From: an uncultured Clostridia bacterium | GTDB lineage: Bacteria; Bacillota; Clostridia; Christensenellales; CAG-917 | Assembly: GCA_944349635.1 (NCBI GenBank) | Contig: CALVNH010000001.1 | Span: forward strand, 435,688-499,687 | Reading direction: 5' to 3' | DNA length: 64,000 nucleotides | Part shown: positions 41,971 through 51,685 of the stretch, one piece after another | How the letters are laid out: each line of letters opens with the position of its first letter | How positions within the stretch are numbered: position 1 is the stretch's first letter | The notes under the pieces: model-generated | What the model saw: only the letters and a program-made list of their open reading frames with translations | Database searches by the model: none | What the model was told of the DNA's origin: nothing | Made by a program: the position numbers and the translations under genes

Positions 41971-44460
41971 ATGAAAAATTTCGGCATAAAACACGTGCTG
42001 GTGTTGGTTCTGGCGTTGGTCCTCGTGCTTACTCTCGTCGCGTGCGACAAGAACAAGAACAAGCCCGTGGAACCGGAAGAACCGGCGAGTTCCGTCACCA
42101 ACATCAAGGCAACGGACTATTTCGATAAACTGTGGAAAGCCACGTCTTCCCTCAACGATACCGCGTTTGCGGAGGGCGATGACCTCGGACTCAATCTCGA
42201 CCTCGGCTTGGAACTCAAAGGCGGAGATTCCACTCTTCTGAGTCTGGGAATCCGCGCCGACCTCGTTGTGGACAGACTGACCGCGGCGGAAGCGGCGGCT
42301 GAGGGCGCGCAGAGTCTTTCTGCGGCGAGAGTTTCCATCTACAATCAGGCGGACGGCTCCAATTATCTGACGCTGTACTACTTCCTCGACAACCCCGATT
42401 TGGGCTATGTGGAATTCGGCGGACAGAAGTTCAAGGTGAATTTCGATTTCGGTGCCAACGACACGTGGGCGGCGACATTCCAGAAGTTCCTTTCCGAACC
42501 CCGTCTTGACCTTGACAGCAACAAAGTCAATGAAACCAGCATTCTGCAAGTCGTCGAAAACATTCTTCTCCAAGGCGCAGGCAAGGATTGGAATCTCGAC
42601 GTCATGCTCGGCAACGCACTCAACACCATTCCCGGATTCGATTTCCAGAAACTCATGGAAAGCGATATTATGAAAGCGTTGCTCGGCGACAAGGGCGGCG
42701 AAGCGGCAAACCTTTCCGACCTCATCAAGGTTGCTTCTCCCATTCTGTTCAAGTCCAACAGCGCATGCCAGGAAATCAAGGTGTCCGACACCGAGAAATA
42801 TTACAAGGCAACCGTTGAAGGTTCCATCGCCCAAATTCTCGGCGGATTCCTCAAAACGGGCGGCATCGACCTCGGCGGACTCATCACTTCCAGAACCCTG
42901 CTTTCTCTCGGCTACACGATGAAGGGCGAAGAGATTGACGGCTTCGACATCACCGCGGTTGTGCCCAGAGCATACGGCAGTCAGGATTTCACCGCGAAAA
43001 TCTCCATCAACGACCTCACGATATCCAAACTGAACGTTCCCGCAGGCAAGACGCTCGGCGACATCCAGAGAGAGCATTTCGGATTCAAGGAAGCAAACTA
43101 CAGCGACACCTACGCGCTCAACCTGGGATTTGACCTCGTCGTTCCCGAAGGCGCAATCCTCATGACCATTCCCAACGGGGACCAGGTTGTCAAGCTCGAC
43201 CTTGCGGGCACTTACAGACTCGACCTTAACGTCACGCTCGATTTGCTCAACAAGGGCACCGCAAACACTTCCAAGCTTTATGCGGAAGTTAAATACAACA
43301 ACACCAAGCAACTCGCGCTGGCTTATGCCGCCGCCAACGACGAAGCCGTGATGTACGTGGCGAACACGCCCCTCGGCATTGCCGAAGCCGCAGGTAAAGA
43401 CCTCGGACTCAAAGACGTCTTCTCTCTGATTGTCAACGTGGCAATGAAGGACACCAATCCCGACAAAGCGTCGCTTCTCAATCTGCTTGCGCAGAATACC
43501 GACACTTATTACAGCTCCGGCGTCGACTTCATCTACGTCCTCAAGCAGGCTGTCGTGAATGCCTCCAAGAAGGCAAGCGGCTCTTCCGAAGAGATTGCGA
43601 CCGCGCAGGCCGAAAACGTAGTTTACGCTCCCATTCCCGGAACGGAGGGACACTACTACAACGTCAACCAGACCGGTTATCCCTTCCTGCCTTCCGTCAA
43701 AGGAATCATTTCCGCCGTGGCGAATCTGCTCACCGTTCAGGAAAACGGATTGACCTTCAACGTCGGTAAAGGCGCACTCACGAAGGTTATCACCTCGGGT
43801 GTGTTCTCTCAGGCAACCGTCAACGACTACACCTATGACGGAAAGGAGTACAAGCAGAGCACAAGCAAGTACAGCATCAACAGCGCAACCGATTTCGAAG
43901 CCATCGTTTTCGCGACGTCCGGAAGCTGGCTCAGAAAGTTCACGGATGCGGGTTATCTTCCCACTTACGAACTCGACGGCAAGGCGTGCACGATGAAGGG
44001 CAATATGTTGACCAAAGAACAGGCGACGTTTATGTACAATGTTGCGATGGGCAAGGTGACCTATGCCGATTGGAAGGAGAAGGTCGGCGAAGCGAACACG
44101 CTGCTTACGGAAGAGAAATACAACGAATTCGTCGACAGCTTCATCTTTGCTCAGTGCAAAAAGATGTTTGCCGGCAGCTTCTTCCTCGACGGGGACGACT
44201 CCAACGGCGGGTTCCTTGTGGATTTGCTTGACAGAGGCGACTATTCTCTCGGTGTTTCCTTCGCAAACGACACGCTGTCCGTTGACGTGAAAGCAACGTG
44301 CGGCAACAAAGGCGAAGCGAAGCTCGGTCTCGACCTCGGCGCCAAAGCCGACGGTACCGTCAGCGGCACCGTCACGAAGGGCGACAACGCAGTCGATGCG
44401 ACCGAATTCCTCACCAAGATTCTGACCGATGCGAAGTTCGAAATCAACGAAAAGGAATAA
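41971..44460 (+). CDS. Large uncharacterised lipoprotein (829 aa)
   Basis: LVAC lipobox, AGGAGG RBS, long open frame; no recognisable catalytic motif. Confidence 0.8.
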   Translation: MKNFGIKHVLVLVLALVLVLTLVACDKNKNKPVEPEEPASSVTNIKATDYFDKLWKATSSLNDTAFAEGDDLGLNLDLGLELKGGDSTLLSLGIRADLVVDRLTAAEAAAEGAQSLSAARVSIYNQADGSNYLTLYYFLDNPDLGYVEFGGQKFKVNFDFGANDTWAATFQKFLSEPRLDLDSNKVNETSILQVVENILLQGAGKDWNLDVMLGNALNTIPGFDFQKLMESDIMKALLGDKGGEAANLSDLIKVASPILFKSNSACQEIKVSDTEKYYKATVEGSIAQILGGFLKTGGIDLGGLITSRTLLSLGYTMKGEEIDGFDITAVVPRAYGSQDFTAKISINDLTISKLNVPAGKTLGDIQREHFGFKEANYSDTYALNLGFDLVVPEGAILMTIPNGDQVVKLDLAGTYRLDLNVTLDLLNKGTANTSKLYAEVKYNNTKQLALAYAAANDEAVMYVANTPLGIAEAAGKDLGLKDVFSLIVNVAMKDTNPDKASLLNLLAQNTDTYYSSGVDFIYVLKQAVVNASKKASGSSEEIATAQAENVVYAPIPGTEGHYYNVNQTGYPFLPSVKGIISAVANLLTVQENGLTFNVGKGALTKVITSGVFSQATVNDYTYDGKEYKQSTSKYSINSATDFEAIVFATSGSWLRKFTDAGYLPTYELDGKACTMKGNMLTKEQATFMYNVAMGKVTYADWKEKVGEANTLLTEEKYNEFVDSFIFAQCKKMFAGSFFLDGDDSNGGFLVDLLDRGDYSLGVSFANDTLSVDVKATCGNKGEAKLGLDLGAKADGTVSGTVTKGDNAVDATEFLTKILTDAKFEINEKE

Positions 44461-44505
44461 TCAATCTCTCCCGCACGCAGCATTGCGGGAAAGCGAAAAC
44501 AACAG

Positions 44506-44536
44506 AAGGAGCGCACCATGCGCTCCTTTTTTTATT
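44506..44536 (+). terminator. Terminator after the large lipoprotein gene
   Basis: AAGGAGCGCA-CCA-TGCGCTCCTT followed by a T-tract. Confidence 0.75.
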
Positions 44537-44590
44537 GATTTTTGAATTCGGCTCAATTATAATATCTGCATAACCGCGGGAGGAAAAGAA

Positions 44591-45880
44591 ATGAGCGACG
44601 AAACAGATTTCTTGCAAAGCGTTGCGGAAAGCGCACAGCTTCCGTCCGAGTCGGAGGAAACCGCGCGGCATGAAAGCGTGCCTCAGGCGGAGCGCGCAGG
44701 CATATTGCGCAACTGCGAGGAAGAGATAAGGCTGTTGGAACCCTTTTCGACCGCGCTTGCCGCAAGCGAGAAGGAGACCGCCTGCGCGAGGTTTTTGCGC
44801 GACGAGCTTTCCGTGATGTCCACCACGCGAATGGAGGCGTTCAGGGTTTCGCCCATGGCGGGACGCAACAGCTCTTTGTTAATGGCGGCGGCGTATTTCG
44901 TGTCCGTACTGTTCTACTTTTTTTCGTTTGCGGGCGACAGGACGGCGGGCATCGTACTGACGGCCGTTTCGCTTGTTATTCTGTTTGTGGGCGGATTCGT
45001 CACGGGCGCGATGTTTTTGGGCTCGCGCAGGTTTGTGGGCATATTGCCGGGGAAAGTTGCTTACAACGTATTCAGCGAGAATTTTCCCAGCCGCAAACAA
45101 CAGGGCTCCAAACTCCTTGTGATTGCCGCCAACCGCGACGCGGTGCCGGGGTCGTATTTTACCAATTTCGCACTGGTCAGAAAGACGGTATTTGCCGTCG
45201 TTCCGTCATCCGTGGTGCTGATGGTGTTGTTTTGCGTAATCAAAATGGCGGTTGGTTCCGATACGGTCGCCAAAATAACTCTGCTCACCGTCTTTCCGTT
45301 CATTACGTCGGTGGCGGGCATTGCCGCGCTCGCCTTGCATTTTTCGCCGTTTTCGCGGCACGCACGTGCGAACAACGGCATCTCCACATCCGTGGCAATC
45401 AATCTTTACAGATACCTTTCCAGGCACCCCGAACTGCTTCCAGAGGATATGCGGGTCTGCTTCGTTTCTTTCGGAGCGGAGAACGCCGCACACGCGGGCA
45501 GCAGAGCCTTTGTCGCCGCACATCCCGAAATCAAAGGAGCGAAAGCCGTGGTATTCGGTGACATCGAGAGCGCGTCTTTCAGATTGGAAAGAAAGGATTT
45601 ACTGCGCAAGATAACTCTTTCGCGCTCTTCGCTGTCGGTGATGGGAAAGGCGGTTGAGAGGAGCGGAGTGGCCTGCGAGTTGCACCCGAAAGAGGGACTC
45701 GCGGGCAAACTGAACGCAATGCACGGATACGCCGCGTCGGCACTTGCGGAAGCCGGTTGCGACTGCGTGTTCCTGACTGCCAAGGATTACACCGAAAAAA
45801 ACGGGACGTCGGACAAAGAGCCCATGGGAGAACTTTTCGCGCTGGCACTCGCTGCCGCGGTTGCCGCAACGGAGGAATAA
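44591..45880 (+). CDS. Membrane protein with degenerate M28 peptidase-like domain
   Basis: Four TM segments; VIAANRD, RANNG and SFGAENAAHAGSRAF resemble M28 motifs with substitutions. Confidence 0.62.
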   Translation: MSDETDFLQSVAESAQLPSESEETARHESVPQAERAGILRNCEEEIRLLEPFSTALAASEKETACARFLRDELSVMSTTRMEAFRVSPMAGRNSSLLMAAAYFVSVLFYFFSFAGDRTAGIVLTAVSLVILFVGGFVTGAMFLGSRRFVGILPGKVAYNVFSENFPSRKQQGSKLLVIAANRDAVPGSYFTNFALVRKTVFAVVPSSVVLMVLFCVIKMAVGSDTVAKITLLTVFPFITSVAGIAALALHFSPFSRHARANNGISTSVAINLYRYLSRHPELLPEDMRVCFVSFGAENAAHAGSRAFVAAHPEIKGAKAVVFGDIESASFRLERKDLLRKITLSRSSLSVMGKAVERSGVACELHPKEGLAGKLNAMHGYAASALAEAGCDCVFLTAKDYTEKNGTSDKEPMGELFALALAAAVAATEE

Positions 45881-47335
45881 ATGAAAAATCGCAAAAACAC
45901 GGAAGAGCAGTTTGAGCGGACGAAGAAGTCCGAAGAGAGCAACGGAAGGGATTTGATTTCTCCCGACGGAAAAGACGTCTCGCAAATCGCCGAAGACGAA
46001 GGCGCTCTTCCGACGGGAACGGAGACATCTGAAATCGCGGAGCCCGTGACGGAAAACGAAGTCTCTTCCGTCGCAGCCGACGGAGAAGCCGTATCCGACA
46101 CAACAGACTGTTCAGACGACAAAAACGTTGAAGAAACTGCGGAATCTGGCAAAAATAAGTTTTTGAGTCTGTTGAAAAAAGGCTTCAACCGCTATTTCAT
46201 TCTGGCTTTCACGGGTATGGCGCAGGGCTTGTTCTGCACGCTCATAGCGGGAACCATTCTGGGGCAAATAGGCTCCTGGATTCAGGCGGCGGGAACGCCA
46301 GCCGGACTTGCCGTGGGCGGCGGTGTCGTGGCGGTTGCAAACATTGCGAAAATGCTGATGGGCGCAGGAATAGGAATCGGAATCGCCCATTCGCTCAAAG
46401 CTTCCAAACTGGTCATGTTTACCGCGGCCGTTGCGGGACTTGTCGGGGCGTTCGGCGACGTAATCACCGCAGGTTTCACGGGCGGATTTGCCGCGGCGGG
46501 AGCCGACGGCGTGAACGCGGTGCTCGCCGGCATAAAGCCTGCCGCTCCCGGAAACCCGATAGGCGCCTACGTGGTTGCCGTGCTGTGCATAGAAATAGGC
46601 GGAATGATTGCAGGAAAGACGAAGGTCGATATTGTGCTCGTTCCTCTTGCCATGTTCGTTGTGGCGCTCTTTGCCGTTTGGGTGGCGTGGCCGTTCATCA
46701 AGTTCGTCAACCTCATCGGCGAGGGTATAGCTCTTGCCACGGCTGCCACTCCCGCGGTTATGGGCATAGTGATATCCGCTGCCATGGGCATTCTGCTCAC
46801 GCTTCCCACATCTTCCGCCGCAATATGGCTTGCCATCGCGTCGCCGGTTATCACGGGTTATGCAGCGGGTGAAATCGCCTTTGAAACGTATGACGCCATT
46901 CTGCTGGCGGGCGGAGCCGCCATGGTCGGATGCTCCGCACACATGGTGGGGTTTGCCGTTCAGAGTTTCCGCGAAAACAAGTGGGGCGGGCTTGTGGCGC
47001 AAGGCGTCGGAACAAGTATGCTTCAGATTCCCAACCTCATGCGGCATCCGCAGATTCTAATTCCTCCCGTCTTCGCGAGCATAATCGTGGGACCTCTTTC
47101 CACCTGCGTGTTCGAATTGCGTTGCAATGCCGTCGGCGGCGGTATGGGCACGTCGGGGCTTGTCGGAATCTTCGGTGCGGTGGACGCTTCCGCAGGCGTT
47201 ATTCCCGATTGGAAACTTGGTCTTGGCATAGTGCTGTGTTGCTTTGTTATACCTGCCGCGGTGTGCTTCGCCGTCTCGGAATTCATGCGCAAGAAGGGTT
47301 GGATAAAGTACGGCGACCAGACGCTGGCGCTTTGA
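45881..47335 (+). CDS. PTS EIIC-like membrane protein (PfoR/PTS_EIIC_2 family) with acidic N-terminal extension
   Basis: GMAQGLFCTLIAGTIL, LTLPTSSAAI, GTSMLQIPN and GGGMGTSGLVG. Confidence 0.85.
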   Translation: MKNRKNTEEQFERTKKSEESNGRDLISPDGKDVSQIAEDEGALPTGTETSEIAEPVTENEVSSVAADGEAVSDTTDCSDDKNVEETAESGKNKFLSLLKKGFNRYFILAFTGMAQGLFCTLIAGTILGQIGSWIQAAGTPAGLAVGGGVVAVANIAKMLMGAGIGIGIAHSLKASKLVMFTAAVAGLVGAFGDVITAGFTGGFAAAGADGVNAVLAGIKPAAPGNPIGAYVVAVLCIEIGGMIAGKTKVDIVLVPLAMFVVALFAVWVAWPFIKFVNLIGEGIALATAATPAVMGIVISAAMGILLTLPTSSAAIWLAIASPVITGYAAGEIAFETYDAILLAGGAAMVGCSAHMVGFAVQSFRENKWGGLVAQGVGTSMLQIPNLMRHPQILIPPVFASIIVGPLSTCVFELRCNAVGGGMGTSGLVGIFGAVDASAGVIPDWKLGLGIVLCCFVIPAAVCFAVSEFMRKKGWIKYGDQTLAL

Positions 47336-47426
47336 GGACGCGTAAGTTCGTCTGCGCACGAGCGCGAAACCACGCGAAATACGCGAAAGAAACGACGATA
47401 TAACGTTTGTACGTTGCGGCACGGAG

Positions 47427-48932
47427 TCAGATGACTGCCGTGCCGTTTGTATATCCGCGGATTATTCCTCCGAGATTGAGGTTGCCCGTCGAAAAGACGG
47501 CTTCCAGATTTTCCTGCGTGGCTATCCCGAAACGGTTGGCGGAATAGTAGGCTTGCATGCAGGAGAGAAATCTGTCTTTCCCCGCAAGAGTCATCAGCGT
47601 GTCGAAGAGCAACAGCCCTTTCATATACGTCACGGCAACGTATTCGCCCGCGGCGACATAGCCGTAAAGAGGACGGTTCATCGAAGGGTCGAAACCTATT
47701 GCGGCGGGCAGACTCTGATAGCGCCGATAGTATTCGGCAGAAGAGGACACGATTTCGTCGTACGTCTTTTCGTCGCCGTTCAGCAGATAGAACAGTGCCG
47801 TGCTGAACTCCGTCAACCCCTCGTCCAGCCACGGTGAATTTATTTGGTCGGAACCCACAGCCCCGAACCACCATTGATGTGCCGTTTCGTGCACCACGGT
47901 CTGCTCGTATGCGGCGCGCGACGAGGTGACGGGATTGACCGTGACGAAAGAACCGTATTCCATTCCTCCCGCGCACATCTCCGCTTGTGCAATGGTGAAT
48001 GCGGGGTAGGGATAATCGCCGAAAGCGGAAGAGAAGGTCTCCACGGCGCGAACGGCGAGAGCCAGGGTTTCCTGTGCGTTTTGGTCGGAGAGAGAAAAGT
48101 AGTTGACTTTGACTGTTTTGCCGTTGAGCAGGAAATCGGCGCTTAACAGGGAATATTTGTCGGACAGGCACATTCCGAAGTCGCGGACGTTTTCGGCAAC
48201 GATTTCCACGGAGGCGTCACTTGTCGCCGTCACCGTGCCGGACGCCGCCACTTTCATGGAAGTCGGCTTGTTCAGCGTGACGTAAAACGACGCGATTTCG
48301 GAGTAGAACGGGTCGCCCACGGCGCAGTAAACGTCCTCGCGCCACGCTCCGTTTTCATATATGCACAGCGCGGGATAGAAGCCGGTGAGATTGACGGAAT
48401 CTGGCGCGATTCCGAATCTGGCGCGACATTCGGGCAATACGATTTCGCATTCCAGGCTCACCGTTACGGAGTCGCCGTCGTTCAGCTTGCAAGGCACTTC
48501 GAGAATTTGTCCGCCGTCACCGTATACGCTGAATTCCGCTGTTGAACGGTCTGTTTTTGCGCTTAAAACATTGATTCTGCCGAAACTTTCACCGTTATAG
48601 AAAAACGTTTCTTTTTCTTCGGGCAGGTACGGCTTGTTTTCGGCACTTTCCGAGAAAGCGTTCGGATACAGGTGAAACTTTATTTCGGACAGCGTTTCGC
48701 CCGTGGTGTTGAAGTAGAGCACATCCTGCCTGAGAGAGAGAGTTCTTCCGCCTTCGTAGGACAACGTCATTTCGTATATCGGCGTTGTGTCCGTAGCGGA
48801 CGGAAGGTCGTCTTTTCGACAGGCGGAAAGCAACACCGCCGTCAGGACGACAATGAGCGTTATCGCGGCAATTACACCTGCGAGAAGGGGTTTTGAGATT
48901 CGGAATCTTTTTGCGGAAATTTCTTTTTTCAT
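47427..48932 (-). CDS. M1 family zinc aminopeptidase, lipoprotein
   Basis: LSAC lipobox; GGMEY; HETAHQWW...WLDEGL (HEXXH-18-E); YMKG. Confidence 0.9.
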   Translation of the reverse strand: MKKEISAKRFRISKPLLAGVIAAITLIVVLTAVLLSACRKDDLPSATDTTPIYEMTLSYEGGRTLSLRQDVLYFNTTGETLSEIKFHLYPNAFSESAENKPYLPEEKETFFYNGESFGRINVLSAKTDRSTAEFSVYGDGGQILEVPCKLNDGDSVTVSLECEIVLPECRARFGIAPDSVNLTGFYPALCIYENGAWREDVYCAVGDPFYSEIASFYVTLNKPTSMKVAASGTVTATSDASVEIVAENVRDFGMCLSDKYSLLSADFLLNGKTVKVNYFSLSDQNAQETLALAVRAVETFSSAFGDYPYPAFTIAQAEMCAGGMEYGSFVTVNPVTSSRAAYEQTVVHETAHQWWFGAVGSDQINSPWLDEGLTEFSTALFYLLNGDEKTYDEIVSSSAEYYRRYQSLPAAIGFDPSMNRPLYGYVAAGEYVAVTYMKGLLLFDTLMTLAGKDRFLSCMQAYYSANRFGIATQENLEAVFSTGNLNLGGIIRGYTNGTAVI

Positions 48933-48974
48933 CGTCGACGGGCGCGGGCGGCGCCTTTGTTGCGGGCAGACCGC

Positions 48975-49883
48975 TTATTTGGAGTTGAGAGTGAGTTCGA
49001 TGAGCTTGCCGTGACGACGCGCCAGTTCCACCATATCCACGGTCACCGCGGAGTTCTTGCGTGCCAGGGTTTCGCCCGTATAGGACAAAAGGTCGTCCTG
49101 CAACGTTCTGCCCAGCAGGAAGTTGTAGTCCGCAATGATTCTGTGAGGGGTGAAATCTCCGTTGTCCGCGGAAACGTTCACTTCTGCCATTGCGTCGCGG
49201 ATGAATACGGGCAAGGTGTCCTCGGGTTGTGCCGCAAAGACGTTGAGCGGTTGCGCCTCGCGTGCGTTGGTCGCAGGGGAGACGTTGACGGGATTTGTCG
49301 ACACGGCGACGACGGAGGGGGTTTCCCGAATTTCCGCAATGGCGGGCGCGTCCGTCTTTCCGGAAGATGAGATTGCGGCGGTTTCGGTGTCGTCGGCAAG
49401 CACCTGAACCTGTTTGTTCTCGAAGGTGTCGGGCAGGGGAAGTTTTCTGCGCTTGCGTGCGGGAGTGTCTCCCGCGAGCAGAATCACGTCGCCGAAACTT
49501 TCGAAGCGCCCCGGCGAACAGACGGTGTCGTCCACCAGCAGAGAGTTTACTTTTCCTTTTGCGGAAAAGACGACGTCGCGAACATAACCTTTCAGTTTGC
49601 CGCCGCGCGTGAACACTTCCTTTCCCACGGGCTGTTTCATATAAGCGGTTCTGTCGATGTCGTAGGGAGAAATGAGCGCAAGATTGTCCGCAATCATGAG
49701 AGCGTCGGAAAACGAAACGACTTCCCCTATCGGCAACAGCCTTTCGGCGCCGTCGGAATCCAGGATAAAATATGCAATATTTTTACATTTTTCGTCAAAA
49801 TATGCATCGCGTACTATTCCGCACACGGAGCAGTCCGCTTTGGAAATGACTTTTGCGTCAAGCACGTCGGAGAAATTCGCCAT
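48975..49883 (-). CDS. PRC-barrel domain protein (YlmC/YrrD-like)
   Basis: Two PRC-like repeats (VLDAKVIS..CGIVRDAYFD; VGKEVFTRGGKLKGYVRDVVF), linker, and C-terminal FLLGR...ARRHGKLIEL. Confidence 0.72.
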   Translation of the reverse strand: MANFSDVLDAKVISKADCSVCGIVRDAYFDEKCKNIAYFILDSDGAERLLPIGEVVSFSDALMIADNLALISPYDIDRTAYMKQPVGKEVFTRGGKLKGYVRDVVFSAKGKVNSLLVDDTVCSPGRFESFGDVILLAGDTPARKRRKLPLPDTFENKQVQVLADDTETAAISSSGKTDAPAIAEIRETPSVVAVSTNPVNVSPATNAREAQPLNVFAAQPEDTLPVFIRDAMAEVNVSADNGDFTPHRIIADYNFLLGRTLQDDLLSYTGETLARKNSAVTVDMVELARRHGKLIELTLNSK

Positions 49884-50026
49884 GGTACACCTCTGCAAAA
49901 ATTTATGAGGGTTTTTGCCGCGATATTCGCAGTCTCAAACAAAAGGCGGGATTACGGGCAAAAACGTTGTATTTTAAGTCATATTTGACGCGATTCGGAA
50001 ATATTTATGTCAAGAAAAAACGGGAG

Positions 50027-50082
50027 CAATCCACAGAGTTATCCACATTTTCGGGGCAAATTGTGAATAACTCGGTGGATAA
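50027..50082. promoter_or_regulatory. DnaA-box cluster (4 boxes, palindromic)
   Basis: CAATCCACA 50027, TTATCCACA 50039, TGTGAATAA 50062 and GGTGGATAA 50074. Confidence 0.75.
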
Positions 50083-50128
50083 AAGCGTATTTTTATACTT
50101 CGCTGAATAAAATAAATATTGGAACGGT

Positions 50129-50845
50129 ATGCATAATCTCTGGGGAATTTTCAAAGTGGATTTCAGGGTGATAACCGCCGTTTTGCTGGCGGTGGCTGTG
50201 GTCGCGTTGTGCTTTTCCGCGCCTTACATTTCGTCGGCTTACAGGCGTTCCGCGGGCCGTACCGTGGTCATTGACGCAGGTCACGGCGGTGCGGACGGAG
50301 GCGTGAGCGGTGTCCGCACGGGGGTCAAGGAGAGCGATTTGAACCTTGCTATGTCGAAAATTGTCGGAGAGTATCTCGAAAGCGCGGGTTTCAACGTGGT
50401 CTATACGCGCAAGAACGAAAAGGGGTTGTATTCGGCGCTTGCCGCAAACAAAAAGCGCGACGACATGGAAAAGCGTGCCGCAATCATCAAGCGCGCCGAA
50501 CCCGCGGCGGTCGTAAGTTTTCACATGAACACGTATTCTTCTCCCGCCAGAAGAGGAGCGCAAGTATTTTTCGACGGGTCCTCCTTGCAGGGGAAATTGC
50601 TTGCCGAGACCGTGCAGGACACGTTGAATCGGGAATTCAATCTCCCCGACACGGGAAGAGAATATTCAGCGCTGAAAGCGGAAAAATACATTTTGCAGTG
50701 CAGTCCTTATCCCACGGTGATAATAGAGTGCGGCTTTCTGTCAAACGCCATTGACGAAAAAAATCTCACGGATTCGGAGTATCGGGCGCAGTTCGGATAT
50801 GCCGTATTCGGTGCGCTCGCGGCATTTCTTTACGTTCAGGCGTGA
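50129..50845 (+). CDS. N-acetylmuramoyl-L-alanine amidase (Amidase_3, CwlD-like)
   Basis: N-terminal TM; VIDAGHGG, ESDLNL, SFHMN, GAQVFF and IECGFLSN. Confidence 0.88.
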   Translation: MHNLWGIFKVDFRVITAVLLAVAVVALCFSAPYISSAYRRSAGRTVVIDAGHGGADGGVSGVRTGVKESDLNLAMSKIVGEYLESAGFNVVYTRKNEKGLYSALAANKKRDDMEKRAAIIKRAEPAAVVSFHMNTYSSPARRGAQVFFDGSSLQGKLLAETVQDTLNREFNLPDTGREYSALKAEKYILQCSPYPTVIIECGFLSNAIDEKNLTDSEYRAQFGYAVFGALAAFLYVQA

Positions 50846-50972
50846 TTTGAGCGTCGTCACGCGGCGTTAAAGCCCGAAATCTCCTCGCGATATGTTGATT
50901 TTGCGCGCCCGATAAGTTATAATTTACAAGCGTAATGTTGCGCGCACGCACACGGGGAACAGGGGATAAGTT

Positions 50973-51665
50973 ATGGGAGCTCACGACGGTCATCGCAACC
51001 GCATGAGAGAAAAAATCGCGCAGGGCGGGCTGGACACTTTGCAGGACCACGAGGTTCTGGAATACATTTTGTTCCATTTCGTTCCGATGCGCAACACCAA
51101 CGAGATGGCTCACGAATTGATTGACGCCTTCGGCAGCTTCTCCGACGTGCTCAATGCCGACGTGGAACATTTGCAACAGATTTCGGGCATGACATACAAC
51201 GCGGCACTGTTTCTCAGCACGTTGCCGGACGTTTTCCGTCGTTACGCCGCAGACACCGAAAAGAGAAGAAACAAGCTCTGCGGCCGCGGTGCGGCGCGAG
51301 CGTATATGCAGAAGAAAATGTACGGCTATGCCGTGGAAGAGTTGTGCGTGGTCGCACTCGACGCACAGGACGGGCTCATAAAGTTTGAGTGCCTGGCAAG
51401 GGGCACGGGAGCGGCGGTTTCCGTACCCATAAGAAGCGTGGTGGATTTCGCCATGAGAACGCGTGCGGCGTCCGTAATTATCGCGCACAATCATCCCAGC
51501 GGCAACAGATTCCCGTCCGAAGAGGACGTTGCCATGACGAAAGAGCTCTGTTACGTGCTGGGCAGAATCAACGTCACGCTGCAAGACCATTTCGTATTCT
51601 GCGACAACGAGTATTATTCTTTCGAGCGGGAAGGACTGCTCGACGCCATAAAAAGAGAAATATGA
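50973..51665 (+). CDS. radC: RadC family JAB-domain protein
   Basis: HDGHRNRMR and AHNHPSG...PSEED. Confidence 0.92.
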   Translation: MGAHDGHRNRMREKIAQGGLDTLQDHEVLEYILFHFVPMRNTNEMAHELIDAFGSFSDVLNADVEHLQQISGMTYNAALFLSTLPDVFRRYAADTEKRRNKLCGRGAARAYMQKKMYGYAVEELCVVALDAQDGLIKFECLARGTGAAVSVPIRSVVDFAMRTRAASVIIAHNHPSGNRFPSEEDVAMTKELCYVLGRINVTLQDHFVFCDNEYYSFEREGLLDAIKREI

Positions 51666-51685
51666 TTTCGGCAACGGAGAGAACA

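Noticed and set aside
50973-51665. radC as a marker of a mobile element
   Set aside because: Full-length chromosomal-type RadC next to gltX; no integrase, att sites or compositional shift.
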